Below are positions 27,603 through 35,836 of a DNA stretch of 64,000 nucleotides, in pieces. The notes under the pieces were generated by a model that had not been told where the DNA came from, did not search any database, and was given only the letters and a program-made list of their open reading frames with translations. Every line of letters begins with the position of its first letter. The first letter of the stretch is position 1. The DNA comes from Bacteroidota bacterium. GTDB taxonomy: Bacteria; Bacteroidota; Ignavibacteria; UBA10030; SZUA-254. The position numbers were made by a program, and so were the translations under genes. The stretch lies in assembly GCA_049515655.1 (NCBI GenBank), contig JBEKTW010000001.1, forward strand, positions 419-64,418, written 5' to 3'.

Positions 27603-28832
27603 ATGAAAAACGAATCACCTCAACAAACTGAAAGCCCGAAGAAAAAAGCAAGTGAGCATCTCAGAAATGTCGACAGGCTGCTGAAAGCCGGCCAACACGC
27701 CGAGGCGCTCCAGGAGGTCGAACAGGCGCTTGAACTGGACCCAAACAATGCTTATGCGCTCGCCTATAAGCAACGGATTACACGAGCGATGGCACAAACG
27801 ACCCTGGCTCCTCCGCCGCCGATAAAACCTGAAGCAAAGGAACCACCCAGGGCTGAGGCGGTGCAGGGTACCCAGGAAGAAGCTGCCAGGAAATCACAGA
27901 GGAAGTTGGCGGCGATTGTGTTCACGGATATTGTAGCATACTCCGCGATCACACAACGAAGCGAGACCGGCGCTTTGCAGCTGCTCGAAGTCCATAATCG
28001 GATCCTCCGCCCCATTTTCCTCAAACATGAGGGCAATGTCGTCAAGACAATCGGGGATTCATTCCTTGTCGAATTTACAAGCGTCCTCCAGGCAGTCCGA
28101 TGTGCAATTGAAATCCAGGATTCGATCGCGCAGCATAACGCGACAGCGAGCGAGGAGCTTCAGATGAAAATCCGCATCGGCATTCACCTGGGCGATGTGG
28201 TGTACCAGGATAACGATATTTTCGGCGACGGTGTGAATATTGCTTCCCGGCTGCAGGAACGGGCGGATCCGGGTGGAATCTGTGTGTCGCAGGATGTCTA
28301 CAACCAAATACGAAATCGGGAGGGGTTCCACACCGAGTACATCGGGGAAACGGAACTCAAAAACATCCGGACTCCGATTTCATTGTACCATGTCCTGACC
28401 TCGGAGCAGGTCCAGCGCAAAGCATTCGATGCGGCAATCAACAAGGCTCATGAAGAAGGCATCGCGGCAGCGAGGGAAAAGAAACTCGAAGGATACCTTT
28501 CGCGTGCAGAAGAACTTATCGGTCAAAAATCATACGACGAGGCAATCATCGAAGCGATGAAACTGCAGGCACTGGACGCCCAGCACCCGCAAGCCAGGAG
28601 TCTGATCGAGCGTATACGCAAGGAGCGTCAGGAAGCTTGGAAAAAAGATGTCACTGAAGCGAAAAAGGTCCCGCGGCAAACTGTGCTTGAGATGTACGGG
28701 CGCGTCGTCCAACAAGTTAAGTCTGGAGAAAGCCTTACGCTGGAGGAAGACGCTCTGCTGAAGAACTTGAGAACCAACCTGCAGATATCTGAAGAAGAGG
28801 ACCGGACGATCGAGCAAGCGAATCATCCCTGA
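27603..28832 (+). CDS. class III adenylate/guanylate cyclase flanked by TPR-like units
   Basis: 409 aa. The cyclase-homology-domain core LAAIVFTDIVAYSAIT...KTIGDSFLVEF...IRIGIHLGDVVYQDNDIFGDGVNIASRL is framed by the same about 30-aa motif (…ALELDPNNAYALAYKQRI; …AMKLQALDAQHPQARSLIERI) found in the two upstream proteins. Confidence 0.8.
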   Translation: MKNESPQQTESPKKKASEHLRNVDRLLKAGQHAEALQEVEQALELDPNNAYALAYKQRITRAMAQTTLAPPPPIKPEAKEPPRAEAVQGTQEEAARKSQRKLAAIVFTDIVAYSAITQRSETGALQLLEVHNRILRPIFLKHEGNVVKTIGDSFLVEFTSVLQAVRCAIEIQDSIAQHNATASEELQMKIRIGIHLGDVVYQDNDIFGDGVNIASRLQERADPGGICVSQDVYNQIRNREGFHTEYIGETELKNIRTPISLYHVLTSEQVQRKAFDAAINKAHEEGIAAAREKKLEGYLSRAEELIGQKSYDEAIIEAMKLQALDAQHPQARSLIERIRKERQEAWKKDVTEAKKVPRQTVLEMYGRVVQQVKSGESLTLEEDALLKNLRTNLQISEEEDRTIEQANHP

Positions 28833-28874
28833 GCATTCTTCTGAGTACTGGAGCTGAAATATCTCGAGCTTCTC

Positions 28875-29168
28875 CTACGCCTTGGCGAGATTGCTGAAAA
28901 CTCCGCGAAAGCTCCATTTCATGGCCGCATGGCGGTAGGCCGCCATCGCTTTGACAAGACCCTGAAGGAAGAGGCACTCATCCTCCGCCTGCCTTCTCCA
29001 CACTGACTCCCAGGCCTCGTGCGCGTGCCAGAATTTTCCCCTATCGAAGAGTTCGGCGCCGTGCACCGGGTCTTTCCGATTTTCCTGCGAGAGGAGCAAT
29101 TCCTTGAGGGGAGTGCGCTGAATGTCGCCGGCTTTTTTCTTTTTCGGGTCGGGCGGTCGCGTGCTCAC
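28875..29168 (-). CDS. DUF309-domain protein
   Basis: 97 aa. FDRGKFWHAHEAWESVWRR matches the DUF309 helical motif (FN.GxFWEAHE.LE.LW). Confidence 0.55.
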   Translation of the reverse strand: MSTRPPDPKKKKAGDIQRTPLKELLLSQENRKDPVHGAELFDRGKFWHAHEAWESVWRRQAEDECLFLQGLVKAMAAYRHAAMKWSFRGVFSNLAKA

Positions 29169-29217
29169 TCAGGAATGCATAGGGGAGACGGAGTGTCGCG
29201 GAACTGAGGGGGTTTCC

Positions 29218-30297
29218 TCACGCTGAAATCTTGGGCTTCATCCAGAATCCCGCAATCGCCGTCTTGCACTTCGGGCAATGTCCGTCGAAGAGAATATTTT
29301 TCCTGACGCTGAAGCCCCGGCGCTCGATGAGCAGCTCGTGGCATGACGGACAATAAGTGTTCTCGTAGTTACGCACGGCCCCGGGAATATTTCCCGCGTA
29401 CACGAAGTTCAGCCCCGCCTCGTACCCGATCTCCACTGCACGGAGAATCGTGCGCACCGGGGTGTTCGGTGTCGTCTCCATATTGTAGTCGGAATGGAAC
29501 GCTGTCACGTGCCACGGTATATTCCCGGAAATCGATTTGATGAAAGCGGCGATGTCTTTCAACTCTCCCTCCGAATCGTTGAACCCCGGTATAATAAGCG
29601 TAACGATTTCGACCCAGAATCCTTTCTCAAATGTTAACTTGACCGTGTCCAGGACGTTCTTCAGGATACCCCCCATCTCGCGGTACCGTTTGTCATTAAA
29701 GCCCTTGAGGTCGATCTTGAAGAGGTCGAGCCAAGGACGAACGTAATCGACCACCTCCGGCGTTCCGTTTCCGTTGGACACGTAAGAAGTGACAAGATTG
29801 TACCGCTTTGCCAATTTGAAAACTTCGACAGCCCATTCGCTTGTGATGAGCGGCTCGTTGTATGTGCTGGTGACAACCTTCGCCTGACGCCGATGTGCCA
29901 GCAAAACGATATCTTCGGGAGTCGTTACCTCGATCGAGGATACCGCATGGGGGTCCCGAAGGGTCTGAGAGGTGATCCAGTTTTGACAGAAGGAACAATG
30001 GTAGTCGCAGCCCAGCATGCCGAAACTCATTGCCAGACTTCCCGGCAGCGCATGGTAAAAGGGTTTCTTCTCAATAGGGTCAAGTGCCAGAGAACCGACG
30101 TACCCCCACGGTATCAATAATTTCCCGCCCCGGTTGAATCGGATCCGGCAGATGCCGTCCTTCCCGTCTCCGATCTTGCATCGGTGGCCGCAGGCAAAGC
30201 ATTCGATTCTTCCATCGCCCTGGTCGCGGTAGAGTTCGCCCTCTTTCGTGTGGAGTTGCAGAATCTCTTTCAGCGTCTTCTCACGTGGTTCCGGCAT
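29218..30297 (-). CDS. radical SAM enzyme, AmmeMemoRadiSam-system type (PFL-activase-like)
   Basis: 359 aa. CDYHCSFCQNW is the CxxxCxxC cluster. There is an N-terminal Cys-rich segment (ECFACGHRCKI) and a C-terminal CPSCHE...CPKC as in AmmeMemoRadiSam radical SAM proteins. No AMMECR1 or Memo partner is present in the window. Confidence 0.75.
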   Translation of the reverse strand: MPEPREKTLKEILQLHTKEGELYRDQGDGRIECFACGHRCKIGDGKDGICRIRFNRGGKLLIPWGYVGSLALDPIEKKPFYHALPGSLAMSFGMLGCDYHCSFCQNWITSQTLRDPHAVSSIEVTTPEDIVLLAHRRQAKVVTSTYNEPLITSEWAVEVFKLAKRYNLVTSYVSNGNGTPEVVDYVRPWLDLFKIDLKGFNDKRYREMGGILKNVLDTVKLTFEKGFWVEIVTLIIPGFNDSEGELKDIAAFIKSISGNIPWHVTAFHSDYNMETTPNTPVRTILRAVEIGYEAGLNFVYAGNIPGAVRNYENTYCPSCHELLIERRGFSVRKNILFDGHCPKCKTAIAGFWMKPKISA

Positions 30298-30445
30298 AAA
30301 TGTAAGGTAAGCGAACTACGATAAAAATACAACATTCGGTAGTGGGGCAGTTCGAAGTGGCGAAATCATTCTATTTTTGATCCGGTAAAGAAGTAATGGA
30401 AAAATCTTTGAAAAGTTGTGAATCTGAACTACAAAAGGAGCCAAC

Positions 30446-30652
30446 ATGACAAAATCAAAAATTAAAAAGCAGCAGCCCCTTTTTGCGGGCATCAGCTTGG
30501 CGGAATTAATGGCGGGCGTTATCAAAAATCCCTCGATATGGTATTTAACCATTTATCGTAAGGGATACCGACCACCACCGGAGAGATTTATGAAACGATC
30601 CCAGCCACCCTCGCATTCCAAAACACGACATGACCGCACGAAGGACAAGTAA
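30446..30652 (+). CDS. small basic hypothetical protein (cargo of the insertion)
   Basis: 68 aa preceded by a good RBS (caaaaggagccaacATG). No recognisable domain. Confidence 0.4.
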   Translation: MTKSKIKKQQPLFAGISLAELMAGVIKNPSIWYLTIYRKGYRPPPERFMKRSQPPSHSKTRHDRTKDK

Positions 30653-30856
30653 GCATCACGCACACTTCGGATTTTTTGTCTTTTTCGTTGGCTAATGGAA
30701 ACCAAACCAATTCAGGTTCAGAGAGTGGATAGGAATGGCAAGTAGTACAATTAGCGTGATCTGGATTTTGACTAACCCAGCCCGGCTACTTAGACTTTTG
30801 TTCTTTGGTAAGTGGCATGGTCTTGGCTCCTTTTCTTTGTTATGTGTGTGGTTGCC

Positions 30857-31453
30857 TCAGAATGGGGGCTCTCCCTCAAGATTTACATTGCTTGGGGTGG
30901 GGGGCGAAACCTCTCGCCTGTGCCGCTTCCGTTTGCTCGGCGGGGACCACTGTTCTATCAACTCCCCCATGTGTTTGTGAAGGATGGTGTCGATAGAATG
31001 GCACTTCTTTTCAAACTGAAATAATTGTGTCGTGATTTTGCGAATTCTTTCATTGAGGCTCTTAAGAGAATCCAAGCCGACCGGGGGTGTTTTAGAAAAG
31101 GGAATAACCCCGGATCGTCGATTGAATTTCCAGGCAGTTGTTTGTTGTTTTTCATCTTGGTACCAAACCGCATGGAAACATTCATTTTTGTCTCTGTTTG
31201 CCTCAGATATGTTTTTGTGAAGTAAGTCGAATTCCTTTATCAGGGGATCGTTTGTCAAATAGTAATCAAGTAGTTTGCGATACTTGGCTAAAAGCACATC
31301 AAAGTTATCACCACCGATGAGAGCAAGGGCTCCATCGCCTATTCCTATTAGTTTAAGGAGAGAGTAAAACAATGCGAACTCCAAATGACCATGAGCGACA
31401 GCTATCTCGCCGATCAGTCTTTCATACTCATCAGATAATTTAAGCGCAGCCAT
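30857..31453 (-). CDS. hypothetical protein, possibly HEPN-like (cargo)
   Basis: 198-aa ORF. Helical N-terminal region (EIAVAHGHLEFALFYSLL) and an R-x6-H spacing (RDKNECFH) that fits the HEPN Rx4-6H pattern. This assignment is speculative. The low-complexity C-terminal tail overlaps the GC-rich segment at 30700-31020. Confidence 0.35.
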   Translation of the reverse strand: MAALKLSDEYERLIGEIAVAHGHLEFALFYSLLKLIGIGDGALALIGGDNFDVLLAKYRKLLDYYLTNDPLIKEFDLLHKNISEANRDKNECFHAVWYQDEKQQTTAWKFNRRSGVIPFSKTPPVGLDSLKSLNERIRKITTQLFQFEKKCHSIDTILHKHMGELIEQWSPPSKRKRHRREVSPPTPSNVNLEGEPPF

Positions 31454-31687
31454 GACAAATCCAATAATTATTGCCGAAATTGAGCACTTTATTACAACAC
31501 AAATGGAAGATTATTTGATATGCGGCCTGGATTCTACCGACATATCCACACTAACCGACAAAATCCTGACCCTACATAAGCACTTAAAAGAAATGGGGCG
31601 CGTGCGCGGTCGGATGAGTCAAAAATATATTGTGAATAATTCTCATTTGCCTCTTGACAAATGATAAAGTATTCATTATATTGTATC

Positions 31688-31891
31688 ATGACAATGAGAG
31701 AACTCAAACACAGTGTAGATATTGACGAATACCTCACGGTAGAGGAGTCGGCCAATCTCCTGGGCATTAAGGAGAGTGCGATCAGAAACTATCTATCGCT
31801 CGGCCTTCTCGTTAGCTATAAGCTCAAGACGCTAACACTCCTCAAAGTCGATGAAGTACGGCGCTGGAAAGAACGTCAAAAGAGACGCTGA
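31688..31891 (+). CDS. excisionase/MerR-like helix-turn-helix DNA-binding protein (cargo)
   Basis: LTVEESANLLGIKESAIRNYLSLGLL is a typical Xis-family HTH. The short protein ends with a basic tail. Confidence 0.5.
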   Translation: MTMRELKHSVDIDEYLTVEESANLLGIKESAIRNYLSLGLLVSYKLKTLTLLKVDEVRRWKERQKRR

Positions 31892-32071
31892 TATATTTTT
31901 TACTCTTGCTCTTGATAATGTATAAAGTATCAAGATATGCCAATAAATCAAACGAGCTTGCGGGTGTTGTAGCACTCGCAAGCCCTGATAATCAACGCCC
32001 GCGTGAACGAGCATTGACCGTACTCAAATGTAGTTCATTGTGGGCAAAAAGTCAATATAGGAGATACCCCA

Positions 32072-32914
32072 ATGAACTGCCTTCCGATTGAGAAAAAAGC
32101 CCTAATCTTGACCCTTCTAAGCGAGGGTAATTCAATTCGATCTATTGAACGAATTTCCGGTTGTAGTAAGCACACCATTTCAAGACTATTGCTTGAAGCG
32201 GGAGAAAAGGCTAAAGAAATACATGACCGCGAAATGATGAACCTAAGAGTGAATTTCTTGCAGGTAGATGAAATATGGACATTTGTAGCAAGAAAACAAA
32301 AACAAATAAAACAGCATGAAATCAACAACCCCGACATTGGCGATCAATACGTATTCGTAGCTCTTGACCAACAAACCAAATTAGTACCCGCTTTTCGTGT
32401 CGGCAAAAGAACCTTGAAGCTTGCATCTTCTTTCATGACAGAATTGAGAACGAGAATCGACACAATCTTTCAGTTGTCCACCGATGCTTTTGCTGGCTAT
32501 TGGAATGCTGTGGACAGGGTTTTTGGCAATGACATTCACTATGCACAAATACACAAACACTATGGAGAAGAGCCAAGAGGGGAAAAACGATACAGCCCGG
32601 CAAATATTATAAGCGTTACCAAGAGGGTACTTCTCGGTGAACCAGACCCCCAAAAGATTTCTACAAGTCACGTAGAACGGCAGAACTTGACTATGAGAAT
32701 GCAGATGCGTAGATTTACGCGGTTGACGAATGCCTTCAGCAAGAAGTTAGAGTATCTTGAGGCCGCGATTGCATTACATTTCTTCCATTACAATTTCATG
32801 CGGATTCATCAAACTTTGAGGGTAACTCCGGCAATGCAATCGGGGATTTCGAGACACCTTTGGACTTGGGAAGAGTTCTTGGGATTCGGCAAGCGACAAA
32901 GTGAGGCGGCATGA
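32072..32914 (+). CDS. IS1/IS1595-superfamily DDE transposase with fused N-terminal HTH
   Basis: 280 aa. N-terminal HTH (KKALILTLLSEGNSIRSIERISGCSKHTISRLL) followed by a catalytic core with D(EIWTF), D(QYVFVALD), STDAFAGY and HVERQNLTMRMQMRRFTRLTNAFSKKLE...HFFHYNFMRIHQTL. This parallels the IS1 InsB pattern ...SHIERFNNTLRQRCSRFVRKTLSFSK...HYNF..H. Confidence 0.8.
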   Translation: MNCLPIEKKALILTLLSEGNSIRSIERISGCSKHTISRLLLEAGEKAKEIHDREMMNLRVNFLQVDEIWTFVARKQKQIKQHEINNPDIGDQYVFVALDQQTKLVPAFRVGKRTLKLASSFMTELRTRIDTIFQLSTDAFAGYWNAVDRVFGNDIHYAQIHKHYGEEPRGEKRYSPANIISVTKRVLLGEPDPQKISTSHVERQNLTMRMQMRRFTRLTNAFSKKLEYLEAAIALHFFHYNFMRIHQTLRVTPAMQSGISRHLWTWEEFLGFGKRQSEAA

Positions 32915-33115
32915 AAAGGGTTCTCAATTTTAGCTAAAAAATTCAAAACCTTTGAAAACATGCGGAATTAGAGACCTTTACACCTAAAACCGGCCAAAAC
33001 TTTGAAATTTCAAAACTTTTTTCCCTTGATATTATCTAAGCAATGGGTTATCTTTATTCAGCCACTTAACCCTGAAAGGGGTCAATCCGATAAGCCTGTA
33101 GGCAGGCAAAAGATT

Positions 33116-33150
33116 ATACCCCACGCCAAAAACGTGGGGTATGTTTTTTT
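33116..33150 (+). terminator. rho-independent terminator
   Basis: ataCCCCACGccaaaaaCGTGGGGtat followed by gttttttt, 236 bp downstream of the transposase stop and immediately before the NYN gene ATG. Confidence 0.6.
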
Positions 33151-33846
33151 ATGAAAACAGCGATACTATTAGACGGACATTTTTCCCGCATTCATCTTAG
33201 AAGCCTCACCAAGAAGAATGCCACGAGGAAAAGACTTGACGCACTTGCCGAAGCTTCCCTTATTGATGGAGAGATGTCGTCGGGAATTTATTACTACGAT
33301 TGCTCTCCTTATTCTGAAATATTGAACTTACCAATATCCAACACCCCGCATGACTTCTCAAAAGATCCGAATTACTATATGGCAAAAAGGATGCAGGGAA
33401 AATTAAGAGCCGACCAACATTTCCATTTAAGGCGCGGTCAACTGTCTTTTGATGGATGGGCGCTTCGACCAGAATGCCTCGAAGAACTCAAAAACAAACC
33501 CCGCCGCCTTGTCGATGAGGATTTTGAACCAAGGATAAGACAGAAACAGGTTGATCTGTTGATTGGTATTGATATGGCGAAGTTAGCCATAAAGAAAGAG
33601 GTCGAAAGAATGGTTTTAGTTACCTCTGATTCCGACTTGGTGCCAGCAATCAAATACGCACAGACGCGGGGGGTCAAAGTATTTTTGATTACTTCTGATA
33701 GGGCAAAGGCAATCCTCAAACAGTCTTGCCAACGTCGCCATGTTGATTTAGACAAGTTAAAAAGACTTCTTCCAGATGATTTCCCCATTGAGGTTGTTTT
33801 ACCGGATGCCCCCCAATCCTCTCAAGCAATTCCCCCGATTCAATAA
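33151..33846 (+). CDS. NYN-domain (LabA/DUF88, PIN-like) protein (cargo)
   Basis: AILLDGHF...VDLLIGIDMAKLAIKKEVERMVLVTSDSDLVPAIKYAQTRGVKVFLITSD. The Asp-rich layout is characteristic of NYN/LabA nuclease-like domains. Confidence 0.75.
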   Translation: MKTAILLDGHFSRIHLRSLTKKNATRKRLDALAEASLIDGEMSSGIYYYDCSPYSEILNLPISNTPHDFSKDPNYYMAKRMQGKLRADQHFHLRRGQLSFDGWALRPECLEELKNKPRRLVDEDFEPRIRQKQVDLLIGIDMAKLAIKKEVERMVLVTSDSDLVPAIKYAQTRGVKVFLITSDRAKAILKQSCQRRHVDLDKLKRLLPDDFPIEVVLPDAPQSSQAIPPIQ

Positions 33847-33872
33847 GCATTTCGTGCTTATCAGTAATCGAC

Positions 33873-34301
33873 TCATTCATCCATACCCTCCCCACTCAAT
33901 GTTTTTTCTCCCCGGTTCTTCATTTGGTCGAATTTGTAGGCCGTGTCTGCAAGAAAACCAACGGTATCTACATCGTCTGGACTTCTCAAATGTTCCTCGA
34001 CTATTTTGTATGCCTGTTTTGGGTTCAAAGTAACCTCATTAAAATCGGCATAGAATTTCACCAAATATGCCAGGTAAACGGTTGGTATATTGCCCATGAG
34101 AACCCCAACCACACAAAATCCGAGTGCAACCAATAGGATAAGCCATCCCGCGCCAAAGATTTCTATTGCCAATCCGACGATTGCTAACACCATGCCGATT
34201 CTTAGTAGAACCCCTCCGATCCTATAAATAGGTCGGCATAGCCTGATGAAAGTAGTATTGTATGGCATTGGTTTTGCCTCTTTTGTTGTGGCTCTCACCA
34301 A
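33873..34301 (-). CDS. two-TM membrane protein, hypothetical (cargo)
   Basis: 142 aa with two long hydrophobic helices (GMVLAIVGLAIEIFGAGWLILLVALGFCVVGVLMG). Convergent with the NYN gene and 46 bp inside the right inverted repeat. Confidence 0.45.
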   Translation of the reverse strand: MVRATTKEAKPMPYNTTFIRLCRPIYRIGGVLLRIGMVLAIVGLAIEIFGAGWLILLVALGFCVVGVLMGNIPTVYLAYLVKFYADFNEVTLNPKQAYKIVEEHLRSPDDVDTVGFLADTAYKFDQMKNRGEKTLSGEGMDE

Positions 34302-34639
34302 TGTAAGAAAAAGGAGGGACTACCTCAATTCAAACTGCCCCACTACCCAACATTCGGACAGGCGTGAATCACCCCAGGAGGTGAGCAGCCTCCCTCTCCT
34401 ATAACCCCTTCGGGAAACGTAGTCAAAATGCGTGCTCAAACACACGAATCAGTGTTGTGAATTCTGAAATGTTCCCTCCCCCACGCCCTCTGATTTATTT
34501 GGGGGGAAATCACGCAGAAACCCAAAAGGCCCGGTTCTCGCCGGACGGCAACAGAGGCGATGCTTGATTTCTAGCCCGGAGTTTTGTAGTTTGACTCGTC
34601 CTCAGGATCAACCTGTAATTGCCAGACTGGATCAGGCAC

Positions 34640-35821
34640 ATGATAGCGCTCGAACACCTACGAAAGAAAAAAACAAAACTCGTTGTCGGTTTGATGTCTG
34701 GGACATCGGCAGACGGGATCGATGCGGTTGTCGTCGAGATTCGTGGAAGCGGAGAACTCACGAGGCTCCGGCAGCGGGCGTTTCGCACATTTCCTTTCCC
34801 TTCTGGGTTCAAATCCTTCCTGTTGAAGAATTCCGATGCTCGTATTGCCCGTCTCGACGATGTCGCGAGGTTGAATGTTTTGCTGGGAATGTTGTTTGCC
34901 GACGCCGCGAAAGGAATAGTGCGCCGCGCCGGAGTTCGCCTCGGCAACATTGATTTGATCGGTTCCCACGGGCAAACGATCCAGCATCTGCCGGAGAAGA
35001 GACGATTATTCGGCAAAGATGTTGGGGCGACGCTGCAGATCGGTTCGCCATCAGTGATTGCGAAACACACCGGTGTCGTAACGGTTGGCGATTTCCGTCT
35101 CGGCGATATAGCCGTTGGCGGAAATGGTGCGCCGCTGGTGCCTTATTTCGACTACATCATGTTCCGTTCGGCGCACGTCACCCGCGCACTCCTGAACATC
35201 GGAGGCATCGCCAACCTCACGGTTCTCCCCAGGCGCTGCACGGTGAACAATGTGTGGGCATTCGATACAGGTCCGGGGAATATGATCATCGATGGTCTTA
35301 TGAGAAAGTGGTTCGGGCGCCCCTGCGACACCTCCGGCGTGCTCGCGTCACGGGGCCAGATCATTCCGGAGCTGCTTCGCTGGCTGATGAGCCATCCTTA
35401 CCTGAAAGAAGAACCGCCGAAGTCAACAGGCAGAGAGGTTTTCGGGGAGGCTCTCATCCAAAAAATAGTTCAGCGCTCGAAGCGGCAACGCAAACAAGAC
35501 ATGGTAGCGACAGTTTCAGAATTTACCGCGCTCAGCGTGTATGAAGGATATCTTCGATTTGTCGGTCCGGCAACGAAGCTCGAGGGGCTTCTCGTTAGTG
35601 GCGGGGGTGCCCACAATACCTACATCATGGAGAGACTCCGGAGGTATTTTCACCCCGTACCGGTTATGCCGGTCAATGAACCAGGTTTTACTTCCGATTC
35701 CAAGGAAGCGGTATGTTTCGCGGTTCTCGCGAACGAAACGGTGGCGGGAAATCCTGCCAACGTTCCCCGGGCGACGGGAGCGCGGTCGGCCTCCGTCCTT
35801 GGAACCGTCTGCCTCCCTTAG
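34640..35821 (+). CDS. anmK: anhydro-N-acetylmuramic acid kinase
   Basis: Start at MIALEHLRKKKTKLVVGLMSGTSADGIDAVVVEI. The GLMSGTS(A/L)DGID motif and length are typical of AnmK. Confidence 0.85.
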   Translation: MIALEHLRKKKTKLVVGLMSGTSADGIDAVVVEIRGSGELTRLRQRAFRTFPFPSGFKSFLLKNSDARIARLDDVARLNVLLGMLFADAAKGIVRRAGVRLGNIDLIGSHGQTIQHLPEKRRLFGKDVGATLQIGSPSVIAKHTGVVTVGDFRLGDIAVGGNGAPLVPYFDYIMFRSAHVTRALLNIGGIANLTVLPRRCTVNNVWAFDTGPGNMIIDGLMRKWFGRPCDTSGVLASRGQIIPELLRWLMSHPYLKEEPPKSTGREVFGEALIQKIVQRSKRQRKQDMVATVSEFTALSVYEGYLRFVGPATKLEGLLVSGGGAHNTYIMERLRRYFHPVPVMPVNEPGFTSDSKEAVCFAVLANETVAGNPANVPRATGARSASVLGTVCLP

Positions 35822-35836
35822 AACCCTCGAAGGGCG

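Larger units (their letters stand above)
30338..34347. mobile_element. approximately 4.0-kb transposon-like insertion bounded by about 20-bp imperfect terminal inverted repeats and an 8-10-bp direct target duplication; it carries an IS1/IS1595-superfamily transposase plus passenger genes
   Basis: Left end: caacattc|GGTAGTGGGGCAGTTCGAAGTG (30330-30359). Right end: CAATTCAAACTGCCCCACTACC|caacattcgg (34326-34357). The inner 20-21 bp are reverse complements with 3 mismatches. The flanking caacattc(gg) is a direct repeat, 30330-30337/9 and 34348-34355/7. The interior is visibly more AT-rich than the flanks. Confidence 0.7.

Noticed and set aside
30860-30975. Possible tRNA/tmRNA 3' end (ggcggggaccactgttctatcaactccccc) suggesting an integration site
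   Set aside because: The candidate T-arm has a 16-nt loop instead of 7. There is no acceptor stem, CCA context or tRNA-like D/anticodon arms. tmRNA 5'/3' consensus is absent.
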